From: Chlorokybus atmophyticus
Lineage: Eukaryota; Plantae; Mesostigma and Chlorokybus algae
Direction: 5' to 3'
Assembly (NCBI GenBank): GCA_009103225.1
Contig: RHPI01002533.1
Span: forward strand, 1,865,186-1,929,185
DNA length: 64,000 bases
The notes below the pieces were generated by a model. The model had not been told where the DNA came from and searched no databases. It saw only the letters and a list, made by a program, of their open reading frames with translations. Of this stretch, positions 63,300 to 64,000 are shown one piece after another. How positions within the stretch are numbered: the stretch's first letter is position 1; the number at the start of each line of letters is the position of its first letter. Position numbers and translations under genes: made by a program.

Positions 63300-64000
63300 G
63301 CCTGCACGGTCTGAGGATGAGAGCGAAAACAAGAGATACAAGGGCAATGTAACACACAGCTCTGTGCATGTAAGTGCCATGGTGGTCTGGGCGACTGCTG
63401 TTGTCAAATTGCTGGGCTGCAAGTTGACTGCAAATGTGTGAGAGCGGCCTGCCTGCCTGCAGGCGTCGACCAGACCGCACACATGAGGTTTTCCATGGCA
63501 GCGATGGGTTACTCACCTCCCGCTTGCTTGCGCCTCGCCTCGCTCACCACCTTAACAGCCTCCCTCGCCGCTTCGTCCTCGCCACAACGTCCTCCGCCTC
63601 GGACCCCTTCGCCTCCGCCTCCGCCTCCGCCAACGCCAACGCCGCTCGCAACACAATGCAATGTCCATTCCGTCCATGTTGTACACCTTCAGCCCGAGGC
63701 CTCTGCCGCGCCGCGGCCTCCTAAGCCGTGTTCCGGCTGAGTAAGTAAGAACGCGTTAACCAGCAATCGCTTCGTAATACGCCGCTACCTCCCAGCTCCA
63801 GGCGCGGTAACGGCACATGTCGGCTGGAGCATTGCATTGCAGCAGGGGCGCTGTTGGTGGGCGCATTGTGTACTGTCCTGAGACGGGTCTAACGGCCGCG
63901 GGGTAAATCTAGATAGATCACGCTCGAGAGCTCAATACGCCTTTCAGGCAAGCTCAAAACCTTCACATTATACAATAATGTGTTATACTATGAATCATGT

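Overview
This is eukaryotic, intron-rich DNA from the green lineage, most likely a green alga (an early streptophyte is plausible, but the species cannot be called). Most entries in the ORF track are shadows of CA/TG-rich introns, so genes were rebuilt by hand from GT-AG exons. In order, the window holds: the last exon of an unidentified gene, UFSP2 (-) head-to-head with CDC123 (+), a decayed hAT transposase, an SPX-only gene (-), a poly-G run containing an N, ZRSR2 (-), ELP1 (-), two MITEs, a soluble-type (ADCY10-like) adenylyl cyclase (+), Slo-family K+ channel A (-), a small B12D/NDUFA4-like gene (-), RETICULATA-related (+), Slo-family channel B (-), a second MITE copy, a frameshifted 3' fragment of a DEAH4/DHX40-like helicase, an (AG)n run containing an N, and an ARM-repeat gene with an unknown N-terminal domain (-). 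The strongest novelty candidate is the cyclase. A complete two-component receiver domain sits inside its first catalytic domain, the catalytic residues are intact, STAND and helical-repeat domains follow, and two Slo channels lacking the Ca2+ bowl lie next to it. No rRNA, tRNA or CRISPR array was seen. All family calls rest on remembered motifs, not database searches.
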